From assembly GCF_009834535.1 (NCBI RefSeq), contig NC_045697.1:20462001-20526000 (forward strand): DNA of 64,000 nucleotides, written 5' to 3'. The position numbers were made by a program, and so were the translations under genes. Origin of the DNA: Camelus ferus (taxonomy: Eukaryota). Under the pieces are notes generated by a model that made no database searches, had not been told where the DNA came from, and saw only the letters and a program-made list of their open reading frames with translations. Shown here piece by piece: positions 24,876-37,089 of this stretch (its first letter is position 1; each line of letters starts with the position of its first letter).

Positions 24876-26067
24876 AAAAAATTGTAGACTTTATATTTTG
24901 AAATGACAATTTCTAATACCAGCTAAATTATTATATTTTATAGCATAAAAATCTATAGAAATCTAAAAATGAACATATTCTTTGTCAATAAGAACAAGTC
25001 ACATTTTGTCGGTAAGTTATACTTGGACACAAATCCTGGCCCCAGCATTTAGCAAATGATCTTGAACAGCTTAGGCTTCATTTTTTGAATGTCAGGTTCC
25101 TCGTATCCAAAGTGGGGCTTATAGTGCTAACCACCTCTAAGACCCCTGTGGGGTTTCTATTAAACAATCAAGTCAAGGACTGGCCTGTAGTAATTCAGTA
25201 ATAAACAACTGTATTCTAATTGCTAAATTAGTATAGAAGCAATAATTTCCCCCATTCTTTTAAGGCAGTTTTAAAGATTGAACTCACTTATTCATTTATC
25301 TTATTAGCATATTTTTAAAACATGTGTCAGGGTCAGGCACTTCTGCACTCTGATAATACAGCACTGTGGACAAACCTTTGATCTCTTAACACTTATTGTC
25401 TGCTAGGGGAAAAATATGTATCAGTGCAAGTCATTAGGAGTAAATTTCAAAGCAATTTGGTTAATAATAAAATTACTATAATATACAGTATATACTATGT
25501 TCCGAGGCATTATTCCCAGCACTTACCTATATTAATTCATTTAATCTTCACAAGACTATCCCATTTATATTCTTATCATCCCATTTTAAGGTGAGAAGCA
25601 TGAAGCAATGGCATGTGAAGTAACTTGTTCATTGTCAGGGAGTCAATGTCTTGTAAAATTTGGGGACTCTTGATATTGTTTTCAAGCCCAACTCTTAATT
25701 ACTAAATAATTTTATCTCATTGCATAAAAAAATAGGAGCTAAAAAAATGTTCAGAATGTCAAAGCTATTTCTATGAACCATTGGTAAACTCATTGAGAAC
25801 CTCTCTCTATTAATCTGGCCACAGCAGTGTTACATAGTACATACAGTAGATGGCTCAGGCCCATGTATCGTTCTCTGATTCACTTCTGTATTAACAAGAA
25901 GTCAAAATTATTAAAATCTAAACCAAACAGTTTTTGCTCTTTAACTATTTTTCAGTGAATTCTATAGAAAATGCACTAAAGTCCTATATACAAATTATTA
26001 ATTGCTTAACTTCATAAACAAGAGACGTGACTATTACAATGAAAAAAAAATCAATGTGACATGTGAC

Positions 26068-26270
26068 CATCCTTGCGGGAGTCAGCTGCAGTACGGTTGG
26101 GATAGTGGCTTTTTTCCCTTCCCCAAAGGGGTTGATGATGCTTCTTTCCAATTGATTATGCATTACAAAATTTAACAAACCAGCCCTATTTCACTGTAGC
26201 TTCTCACACTACAGTAATTGAATTTCTATTATCAGATTCTCTTGCAGAATCTCTTTGCAATAAAAGTTGG
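26068..26270 (-). pseudogene. Exon remnant, RGS C-terminal helix-like
   Basis: Acceptor catttctgttatag; EILQENLIIEIQLL*CEKLQ*N, then (after a frameshift) WFVKFC, resembling RGS22 VLVEIQ..VQNRLENVWLPLF. Confidence 0.45.
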
Positions 26271-28589
26271 CTATAACAGAAATGTACTTATACTTCCTTG
26301 ACTCCTAGAACACAGGGTACCATTATCAGTGTTAGACAACTTCACAAGCTGAACAGATATACATAGGAAGTGGATCATTTTTCCCTTTCCCTAAATTGTT
26401 GCTTTGGAAAGGATAGAGAAACAGTTCTTTTTCTCCACCACTCCCATCCAAGGACCATGTTGTTAATGTAAAGGGGCAGAGAATAGAACAGTCCTTGGAT
26501 ATGTTTCCTCAGTAGGTTGAACAACTAAGACAAAAACCATCTGATCCTTTCTATGTCCTTTGCAGCCTCTTCTACCCCCACCACATATTTGTGAAGAGGT
26601 AGAAAGTTAGATGTTTCTGGCAGTCACATATTGATAAGATTAAACAGAAAGCTTATTTAGCCTTCCTGGACTAGTCAGGAGGCTACAATATATTAATTAA
26701 TCTATCTTCACATTATGGGGTATTAAAACTTACCCCATTTTTAATGAATTAGAGTATTTTTCATCAATTGGCAGTTGTCCTTAGGCTGTAAGCTTCTTTA
26801 GACATAAAATTCAGAAAGTAGGAGTCGTGAGAGCTTGGATGATCATAACTCTAATCTCTAACATCCAGTAACATTTAGAAGTTATATTCCTGAAAACAGG
26901 CAGAGTGAGAAAGCAAGAGAAATGAAAGAAGGTGAATAAACAGTAAGGATGAGGGTGCTAACCTTTACATTTACCTAAAAACACTTTGTATATTTTGCCG
27001 TATTAATTCTTACAGTTACCACATGAAACTCATTTCCAATCATCAGACCTCAGATCATGTAAGTAGGTAGCTAATAAGCAGCAAAAATTGTATTTGAACT
27101 TAGCTCTTTCTTACTCCAAATCTTTTCAATACTCATGTTTCTTCAGTAAGGAAGTCAAATAACTCTAGTTTCATTCCCAAACCCAAATATAACCATGGGG
27201 CTGTCTCCAGGACACTATTACCAAAAGACTTTAGGTGGCTTCCAAAGAAATGATGTGATTCCACAGTTAACTCTGACAACGGATGATCCACAGTGTAGGG
27301 ACAGTTTTCTTGTTTCCTGGAATTTCAAAGAAGAAATCCTGAAAATAGTTTTATAGGTAAATAGGCTTCAATATACAATAAGAATGAGAATCTTCAGTTC
27401 ACTTTCTAAGGACGTAGAATTCTGGTCATATTTTTGATTCCATGCCCTGGAGATGTGTTTGCAATAGAAAAGCCAAACCTGTTATCCTGGATTTGAAAAC
27501 AGTCTCAAATTTATACTGGTACTAAATATCTATGAGCCCCCTAGATAAGATATTTTGAATCACAGAATTTTGTTATTGGAAGTAGCTGAAGAATAAAATC
27601 AAACTCCCTCATTTGCACTGTGGACATTTAAAAATGCCTTATTAACTTGCCTAAAGTGACTAAAAAGTGAGGGACAGAGCTGGAGTCAGAATCCAGTTTT
27701 GGAATTCATGCCTGCTCTATATCTTGTAGACTTTTTAGTCCCTTAATCAAGCATATTACTTCAGTTATTTAACAGTTTTCCATTTTTTTAAATATTTAAT
27801 TTTTTGTTTAATATTTTGTGTTATATATAAATAACAAAAAGAATATTAACTTGTATAAATAATTGGTCATTTTTAATGCAAATATCTAACTTACAAATAA
27901 TATTGCAAATATCTTTGAAGAAAGCTTAGAACAACCCTAAGAACAAATTTTCAGACTCATCTTTAATCTGTGTTAAACAAATATGTCTTTGATTATTCAA
28001 GACAATGAAAGAATGCCTTGGCCTTAGATTATCAATCACAAATAAAACAAACAGGTATGTAAATATAGTAGAAACAAGTGACATTTAATGAAATCTTAAT
28101 TTTTAACTTGTTAGGCAGTCTAACAAATTAAAGTGAAAAATTTTCCTGAATGACTAGAGTTTTACACAAAACACTTGAAATTATTGTTTTAATATGAATG
28201 ATCGTCCACCTTCTTTGGTATTTCCTGTCTTGAGTCAAATAAGACACACAGTGTCTAAGCAGATCTCTAGAATATAAATGGAACATATCACAAATTGTAG
28301 CATAGTAAGCCTCTTTTTAAATCTGAGACTGGTTCTCATGTGCAAGACATTCCCATGAGCAACATTGTCATACCTCAGTCCTTTTGTTCACGTTTGTGTT
28401 GCTGTTTCAAATAAGGAACCGATTTGTGTCATGTTATCTTTATATCCTCAGCACCTAGCACAGTATCTTGCATAGAATAGGTGTTCAACAGAACTATTAA
28501 ACTAACAAATGATACATAGGGACAATTATGCTAGCAATATAATTATAGCAAAAAGATCACATAGTAACAGTATAAAATTCTGATTCATA

Positions 28590-29208
28590 AAACAGTATAT
28601 TCTAATATTAGTCTGTAAAAAGTCTTAGTTATGGTGGAATTTAAAAAATACTTTTGTCTGAGATCTTTGAATCTCCTAGAATGGCAATTAAAATGATAAC
28701 CAAAGCAACACCTTTCACAAAATGTGTATATTTGACAAAGGATAAAGATACATTTTGGTAAACAGTGGAAAATTTCAGGACTTTCTAAAAATAAACAATG
28801 TTGTTTGGAAGAAAAGGAAAGCACTGATTTTAGTTAATGAATGTTTGTCAACTATTTGCAATACAGGATTCTTCATACTGGAGATGTTTTCTTTACAGCC
28901 ACAGATAGATTGAACGTTGCCTTGAAAATGCCATCTTCAGGCTTCTTTCTGTTGTGAGCATGCAGTCAGTGCAGTCAAGTGTCTGTTGCTGCCAGTGCTT
29001 GCTCTGGTTTTCAAATTAAAATCCATGCCCTGGAGTGGTGTCGTGGAAAACTGATGGACATTGAGTGGCCACACAGGCAAAGTAGCAGGGATGATGGGAC
29101 TAACACCAGTTTAGCAGATCAATACCGGTCAGGGCTGATTTTCAGATTCCCTTCCTTAACCGATTTTGGTGGAAGTGCTAATAAGCAGTGAAAGAGACAA
29201 AGCATGGT
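28590..29208 (-). pseudogene. Two exon-like remnants
   Basis: Acceptors tttctttctactttag (exon start 29208) and tgtttatttttag (exon start 28784); the second translates open to RRFKDLRQKYFLNS. Confidence 0.4.
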
Positions 29209-29574
29209 CTAAAGTAGAAAGAAAAAAACACGAAACATTGCTTGCTGAATTATTTTTCTCTTGATTCACACAGAGGAATCCAAATATCTAGGTTTTGGAC
29301 AAAGTCCTCTCAGTTTGGGTTGCTTCAGATCGTTTGTTCTTCCATTTGTGTAAATAAGGACAAACGGGATGAGCGGGGCATTGCTTTCTCAATTAGTCTT
29401 CTGACTCGGTAATGAACGAACAGCCACATTTTCTGTCCTTTTTGGACAGTCTGTTAGCCTTCAGACAGTTCCCTAAGGTTTGATTATCTGGTAGAAACTT
29501 AAGGAAATATGTACTGTCCAGATAATGCCTGTATTTTCTAATTCTATTGACAGAAATTTCATTTACATATTTAT

Positions 29575-30212
29575 TGTGCATAGGTTAGAGCAGGCAGCTA
29601 ATTAGGTATGAGCAGAGAAAGGGAGACACAGGCCTAATGACAGGCAAAAAAAGGAGGGTCCAAATGCCAGAAACCATACATCATGTAAACAACAGGGGTC
29701 CTTGGGCAGGCAAAGCAAAGCGGAAACCTTGGGACTGGTAAGAAATCACCGATTTGAGGGTGACAGGTGACCTGGAGGCCAACAAAGAAAGGTGAGAAAA
29801 GGCAGGAATCTCCAGTATCCAAATGTAACCTTTTGCTCATTTTGCCCTCATTACAATAAAATTAGCCTTGCAGATTAGAAGTACCTGTCATGCACCGATG
29901 CCATGACACTTTGTATCCAGACTAAATAAGGACAAAAATCCCTCCTCCCTTTGGGAAGGTGGAGTTGGGATGAAAATCAGGGAATACGACCCCAAGCCCT
30001 TGCATCTCTAATAAATATTCCACCCACTCATTTTTGTACCTTATGTAATCAGCTTCCCAAAGAAACACAGCACAGCTGCTCCCCTGAGCCTGCCTGCTCT
30101 CCTCTTAAGAGTGTCCTATCCATCCCTAATAGATCCGCACTTTACTTTTTTAACCTCTGTGTCTTGTCTCGGAATTACTGTGTGACGAGACAAGGACCTA
30201 ACTGTCGGCAAC
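29575..30212 (+). mobile_element. Solo ERV LTR
   Basis: tgtgcataggttag...ggcaaca; LTR-like U3/R/U5 composition. Confidence 0.65.
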
Positions 30213-30334
30213 ACACAGACGTACACATACATACACATATACATATAGTTATTTACTCATTGTTTTCTTAAGATATTCTAATGTTAGACTGTTTTCTATG
30301 TGCATCCTTTAGATTACAGTCAAGAAACAGTGAA

Positions 30335-30810
30335 TATACTGATTACTACTTAGCAGCGGCTAACTTCTTGGAATCAGAACCCCGAAGTTACAATGACTTA
30401 AATGTAATAGAAAGGTTTTTCTCACATAGGCAATCCGAGATAATTGTAGATTGGCCGATGTGTGGTTCTCACCCACTTTATTATTTAAAGACCCAGGTGG
30501 TAGGGACTCTGCCTTCTTCCACACACATCTTCTAATCCAGCCCACACTTTGATGTCCAGCCAGTGAAAAGGGAAAAAGAGAACGAGCCAACAGGATCGTT
30601 CACATAAGAGGAGGTGGAGCAGGAGGTGGGGTTGAGCAGTGGCGGGTGATTAAGAACGAAGCGTGGAAGTTCACGTATTATTCCGCTCACATTTTATCAA
30701 TTATAATGTGGCCAAAACTGAAACCAAGAGAAATTGAAAAATGTGGATGACATCTGTGTCCAGGAAGAAAAGAAGACAGGTTGTGTGGGGCACCTGGCTG
30801 TCTTTGTACA
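30335..30810 (-). mobile_element. Old MaLR (MLT1-like) LTR
   Basis: Same degenerate MLT1-like architecture as the copy at 6860-7340. Confidence 0.4.
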
Positions 30811-32354
30811 AATAATACACACAAGGAGTGGGGGAGGATGCTGTGGAATGCCGATGCTGCTTTAGTTTCGCTTTAGATGACTTTATCTACATCCCAAACT
30901 ATTGTTTCTTATTTTATTAACTATTATTATAATTATTTCTCCGGGACAAAATCTCCCAGAGAAGTTTTGTTGATTCTCTTTCCCTACAAGAAAATAGGTC
31001 TTTTAAGTAAATTTTTAATGCACATAACGGAAGAGACCGTCTTTATATTCAAATATGTCCTGAATGTTGAATTAATAATGATACAAAGGATTCTCAGTGG
31101 TGTATTTGTGAACCAGGATCCACTTTATCATACTTTTTTTTTTTAATCGATGAATGAACTGAATAGATATTCCTGTTGTACCAGTGGCTTCATAAATCTA
31201 TGTAGTTGACATAGCTAGTTGAAAACACTCTTTCTCAATTTCTTTCATGCTGTTTCTCCAGCATTTCTAGCTTAGAGTTCTGGAAGCTAATTTTTTTCCA
31301 CAGATAATTACCATTTTATGAGGAAATTCACCAATGAAAATTATTATACATTCGGAAGAGTACTTCAGAGCCTATTTACAAACCAGGCAGGAAGTATGTA
31401 GATTTCATGCCTGGAAAAGCATAAATAAAATTCATTTTTAATCATGTAATTGTACTGTCATTTGTTTCCATGTAATTGGAGAGGAATTACAATTCTATTC
31501 ATACCCTGGGTCCACTTCTGGAATAAAGCAAATGTACTGTGAAAATGTCAGGAGCATAGTTTTGAATTATTGCTTTTAAGGGCTATAGTACTATACTTTT
31601 TGGTGTTTGATCAAGTGTAAGGAATGTCTGGTAGGATAACACTGATGCAAAGCCTGAGTTTCTAAGCAGAGGATTAATTAAACAAACAAAATACTGAAAT
31701 CTTTCTTTCACATAAGGTCGCTACCAGGGGAAACGATTTTTTTTTTTTTTAAATGCAGTTATCCAATAGTTACTGCTTTCTTTAACTTTTTAAGTGGATA
31801 TGTCTGTAACACTCATATTTTATAGGTCAGTTAGGGAACTTCCCTTTCCCTGAGCCATAGATTCCTCAATCTAAACAGAGGAGCAAAATAACATACAGGT
31901 CACAATTAATTTAAGGGAAGGAACATAAGTGAAGCCAAGCCTACCACCCGGCGTATTTATAAACTTTTCATAAATACTGCTTTCCTTCTCTTTCCCCTTA
32001 TCACAGGCACACAGGTATAGGCAGAGCTAAAGCCAGGATCTGAACTTGAATTTTCTGATTTTGTAGTTGGTATGTTTCTGTTTTGTAACCAGCAACTGCT
32101 ATTTTAGAACATTCAAAATGCCTTAGTACACTTGAATGCAGGTGTTTTCATGGTGTGAATCTATTCAAAATGATCTTCTACCATCACCACCGAAAAATGA
32201 TAAGGAAAACAAACAACAAAACGAAAAGAGTAAACAATCCAAAGAGAAGATTAGTAGTAAAGACAGTTCTGTGTCAAAGGTGAGAAGAGCTCTGTCATAC
32301 GTGGAATAAAGGTGTCCTCCTCTTTTGTGCTTTTTAAAAACGATCTCAACTGCT

Positions 32355-32540
32355 AAGTCAGACCGAGAGAGGAAAATACATGATGATCTCTTTTATCAGG
32401 ATAAATTGAAAAAAACAAGCAAACAAACATCATCATAAATACAGAGAAAACAGATTAGTGGTTACCAACACTAAGGTTGAGGGGGAGGGGAGGTGGTGTG
32501 GGAGAAATAAGTAAAAAAAAAAAAATTTAAATAAAAAATG
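32355..32540 (+). mobile_element. Short L1 3'UTR fragment
   Basis: aagtcagac...atacagaga...gattagtggttacca followed by an A-rich tail. Confidence 0.6.
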
Positions 32541-32905
32541 ACCTCAGCATCCACAGTGCTTGGTATTTTCAAGGAAAGTGTCTCATTTCCATTAACAAGG
32601 AAACCTCTTAATTCACAAATATGCACAGTGGGGGATGTGTGTTAATAGCACTCTTCGCAACCGATAATGTGGTGCAGTTAATGTATCTCAGCTTGAATTA
32701 ACTTTACCACAAGCCATTGTTTCCTTTTCATACAGCACAGGATCCTGTGGAAAAATCTCTTAGAATCTCACAAGGGGAATTCAATTAACATTACTCACTA
32801 CTGTACAGCGACATAAAAATGGAGGCTATTTTAACCTTTCTCAAGTTTCCTGCTGATCAATTCAATGCTCTCCATTACTTTTAACTCCGGTTATTATAAA
32901 CTCAC

Positions 32906-32997
32906 CTTCATTTGTTCAGAAAATACCTTTCCACTAATGGGGCAGAGTACGTCTGCCAATAGGAAGTCAGAATAGGCTCAACAGACTGAAAAGATTC
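32906..32997 (-). pseudogene. 92-bp exon remnant
   Basis: acaattttcag|GAATC...GAAG|gtgagt with strong sites; all three frames contain a stop; one reads ESFQSVEPILTSYW. Confidence 0.5.
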
Positions 32998-35394
32998 CTG
33001 AAAATTGTGTGTAGGTTTGTCCTTGGCATGACATCACTTAACGTGGTGTATTTTTAACCCGGGAGCTTCTACTACTAGAATTTCAGCCCCACGACTGCCT
33101 TTTGACATGTAGCTCCTCTAATTGGAGTACACTTTACCTTGTAAAATCCAGATTTTTGTCATTAAAAAGTATTAAGAGCTTTAGTTACCAGAAAATGGTA
33201 ACACAGTTTTGCTTGAACACATAAGTTACTTATCCTCCCTGAAATAATTTTATAGGCAAGAAAATACTTTATAGGTATAGACATAAATAAAAGACTAAAG
33301 TGCCCTCCTTTGCTTCCTTCTCCCTCAGTGCGCATATTCTATCACACAGTTTCCGATAATTTTATTTCTCAGATAGTGCCATTTTTCACAGTCCCTGAAG
33401 TCACCACTCAATGTCAAGAGGAGGGACCTCCAATCGGTCTCCCATAACCACTCTAGCACCCCCCAACCCCTCTCTCGCACTACAACAAGAGTTGTCTTCA
33501 AACTTCAAATCTTCTCATGACATATGCTTTGATAAAATATTTCCATGGATGCTCCAAGCTCTTAGGATTAAAGACCAACATCCTTGCAGACAACCTTGCT
33601 TAGCTCAGCCTTTCCTCAACCTCTTAAGTGTCACATGCCTCACTCTACCTTTCGATCTCTGGGTCACATTGAATTTTCAATGTTTTAGCTATGCTAAGCC
33701 TTTCCACGTGTAATTTGTTAGTTTTATTATTTTATTAACATATGCAAAGAAAGAAAGCATACCATGAGAAGAAAGACTTTTTCTTTACTGGCTGTCACAT
33801 TGTTGGTACTAATAAATACCAACTGAATGAAGAAAGCGAACGGAGAAGATGTTTTATCAGTGATGCTTTCCATGAGTCCAGGAGTGGAGAAAAGTTAAAT
33901 TCAGTTCGTCAACCACATTTATATCTCCCATCACTGATTTCCTACATTTGGCTTAGTCATGCAGTATTAATTCAACAAATTATGAACAAAAGAAAGAGTA
34001 TATGGCCACAAAGTGCTTACTATATATTTAGAAATACAACAGTGAAATGGACTAGACTATAAAATGGGAAAAGAGCTCCAATTCATCCATTACTAGTTAT
34101 TTTGTATCACGAACTCTTTTTCACCTCAGAAAGGCAATGTCAGTTAAGCAGATAGCTTTTCAATATGAAGATGGTTTAGCTTTTGGTATTTAAAGGAAAG
34201 AAAACCATTTCTTTAAGACAAAAACATCTTTTATTGTTATTGTTGTTAGGATCCATAACATGTATATTATCCAATAGTTATTAATCCGTCAAATTGAATC
34301 AGTTTCTTTCAGCTCTTAATACAAAAATAGTTAAATATATGTATTTATGTATATCTTGCTATCAAGTAATGTTCTGACCAGCCCTCCTTACTACCCATCT
34401 GGATTGTGTGTCTTCCAAATATACAATTGTTTTACTTTAATCAGATGTACGCAATTATTGTTTAACACACAATCTCTAGCTATGTCACATGACTGTGTAG
34501 GGACAGCAGTCTCTGAATACCACTTGCCTGAAATCCTTACTCAACAACCAACAGAGCAGAGTAGGAAAATGGGAACAGTGCTCAAAAGCTTGAATTCTAG
34601 TTTTGATGCCAGAAATTCCTCACTAGTGGTTTTGTACAAGTTATTTGAAAATTTGAGCTTCAGTGTTCTTATATTTAGTGTAGAGATAGCAGCTCTTGCC
34701 TTGACAAAAGGATGATTATGAATATGATATGATGTAAAAAGTATGAAGTAAACTTTCTCCAAGATAATCCTGAAGACCATTGGTCCCAGAGATTGTCCTA
34801 AAGAAAGATACCTGTGGTCAAATAAGTTCAGAAAATATTTTATAGTCTAAAAGGTCATAAAAGGTGAACAAAGCAATTTAGTATATTAACATTCAGGTGG
34901 GTCATGCCTTAAGGGAAATTTTTTTTTTTTTTTGTATTTAACACAATATTTTCCAAATTTATTCAATCATGAAACTTTTTTATATCAGTAAAGCATAATA
35001 ACACAATTGCTGAAATGCTATAACATTAGTATGTATGTTTATGCATGAAACATATTGAATCAGATTTCCAAGGAATAAGGAAAATATTAATAAAGAAAAA
35101 TGAAATGATTACATATGTATATTATGTTTGGCATCTGTATGATATTGGCATTCCATATTATATTATTTTGATGACAAATAAAATATTTGGTTAAATATAT
35201 GTATTTCTCACCTCTAGGCTACCACATGTAACATAATGTCAAACTTTGTAAATATTTGCTATCAGATATAATTAGCTAGAAGATCAAATATAAAACTAGT
35301 CTAACTTTTTTTCCTCTTACAAAGGTAGTAATGATTACTCAACTTCAATCTGAGACTAAAAAGGCAGGTGGAGAAGGGGAATCACACTACTTAC

Positions 35395-35653
35395 GTGGCT
35401 CACTGAAAGCTTCTAGAAACATTCCTCATCCCTCCAATTAGCCTAAACTCTTCAGATGTTTGCTAGTACTTGTCACGTATTGTAGAGTAACTTATTCTTG
35501 GGGGACATTAGATTTCAGTTATTCAGGTAATATAAGTTGTGTGTTAATATATGCTCAGAGTAAGCTTGTGTGGGGAAGCAACCATTTGTATTATTTCTCT
35601 TTGTCTACTTGGTAGCCACCATATACTTGTTTATGTTCAGTTTGAATTTAGAG
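35395..35653 (-). pseudogene. Exon remnant with TIRDKY* motif
   Basis: Donor CAC|gtaagt; possible acceptor ttttgtctttag; RISYSTIRDKY*QTSEEF. Confidence 0.35.
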
Positions 35654-35852
35654 CTAAAGACAAAATTGGTGAATGGCTGTAGCCGAATCACAATTTTATG
35701 GGCCTTTGGCTTTAGAAGAGCATACAGTTTAGTGCAATTTCACTAACATCTGTTCGCCTCACAGTACTATACATAAGAAAGGTAGTACGGACTAATGACA
35801 CATGTGACTATTAGTGGTTTAATTTTAAAGGTTGCTCAATAGTGATTCTTTA

Positions 35853-35965
35853 AAATTTTATTTGTTTATTTTATTACTATTTCTTTTAATGGAGGTACTG
35901 GGGATTGAACCCAGGACCTCCAGCATGCTAAGCAAGCACTCTACCACTGAGCTATACCCTCCCCT
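35853..35965 (-). mobile_element. Vic-1-type SINE
   Basis: ggaggtactggggattgaacccaggacctc...ctctaccactgagctataccctcccc. Confidence 0.9.
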
Positions 35966-36104
35966 AATGGTGGTTTGGTTTTATGATCATTTCTGTTTTA
36001 TAAAAACTAAACCAACCAAAACAAACAAATGCTAATGCAGAAAATTCCCCAATCTTAATTTCAGCTTAAAAATTATTTTGCAATAATAATTGTATTGTTC
36101 TTTG

Positions 36105-36470
36105 GAGTGGTGACTCTCAAAGTGAGGTCCCTGGACCAGAAACTTCAACACAAAGATCTCATGGAAAACTGTTAGAAATGCAGACATTTGGTCTCTACCC
36201 CAGATCTACTGAATCCGAACTTCCGGGAATGGGGCTTAGCAGTCTGCTTTCATAAGTAGTTCACGTGATTCTAATGACCTGCAGCTTGAGGTTTTGCCTC
36301 TCCAGGGACATTTGGCAAGCTTTAGAAACATTTTTGTTTGTGAAAGCTGGAGAAGGGCCTGGCATTAATGGATAGGGGCTAGAGATGCTGCTAACCATCC
36401 CCAACAAGCAGCCCCGATGAAAAATTAGTATCCAGCCTCAAGTATCACTATTGAGAGTGAAAGGTCTGGC
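36105..36470. mobile_element. MER5A-like plus MER20-like hAT DNA transposon fragments
   Basis: ctcaaagtgaggtccctggacca...gttagaaatgcag; ccagggacatttggcaa...gctagagatgctgctaa. Confidence 0.65.
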
Positions 36471-36737
36471 TTCAAAGAAGTCCCGTAGGGACCTGTAATA
36501 CTGAGAACACCACCCATCGAGGTGGACCCCAGCAGGTTAGCAGTATATTTCATACATTTTTGTAAGCCAAGTACATCTACCTTTTAAGGATTTTTATGTG
36601 TTTTACACAAACTTAATTTATAGGCTGGATCCCTGTAATGTCTTTGTGAATTAGTGATTAGATGGACTCAATTCTTTACTACTTTCAAGGACATGACATG
36701 TGGACTAACTAGTTACTGAAGTCTTTTGATAGAGAGG

Positions 36738-36934
36738 CAACTAAATTTAAACAAAAAACTATCTCTCTTCTCCTTCATCTGATGACCTACAACGTGTTCT
36801 TCTTCCAATTTGTGATTTTGTCATACTACTCAGTGTCACTTAGTCATTAGAACTATTCTATGGCATGTACAAGGAGGATTAATCAAGAATGGAAATAATT
36901 AGTCCAGTCCTTATAATCTAACGCCACTGTGATG
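36738..36934 (-). repeat. Left arm of 197-bp inverted duplication
   Basis: Reverse complement aligns ungapped to 38651-38847, 172/197 identical by manual count. Confidence 0.95.
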
Positions 36935-37089
36935 CCACTGTAATACCGACTGAGAAAAGATATATTTATTCTGAATTTTGAATTTGGAAGACATTGCACA
37001 ACATGGGAGACCTCTGTTTACTTCCTCTATTTGACTATGCAAGTCTAATGGTTCCCAGTAGCTGTGGCATGTGGTTTCTTACAGAATAT

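Noticed and set aside
31505..31536. 32-bp AG...GT micro-exon candidate on the minus strand, plus nearby acceptor-like sites (31410, 27328, 47257)
   Set aside because: Splice-like signals only, too short to support homology; may belong to the fossil gene but cannot be shown.
35885..35965. tRNA-like sequence with A and B boxes
   Set aside because: It has an AT-rich SINE tail and several diverged copies in the window, so it is a SINE rather than a tRNA gene.
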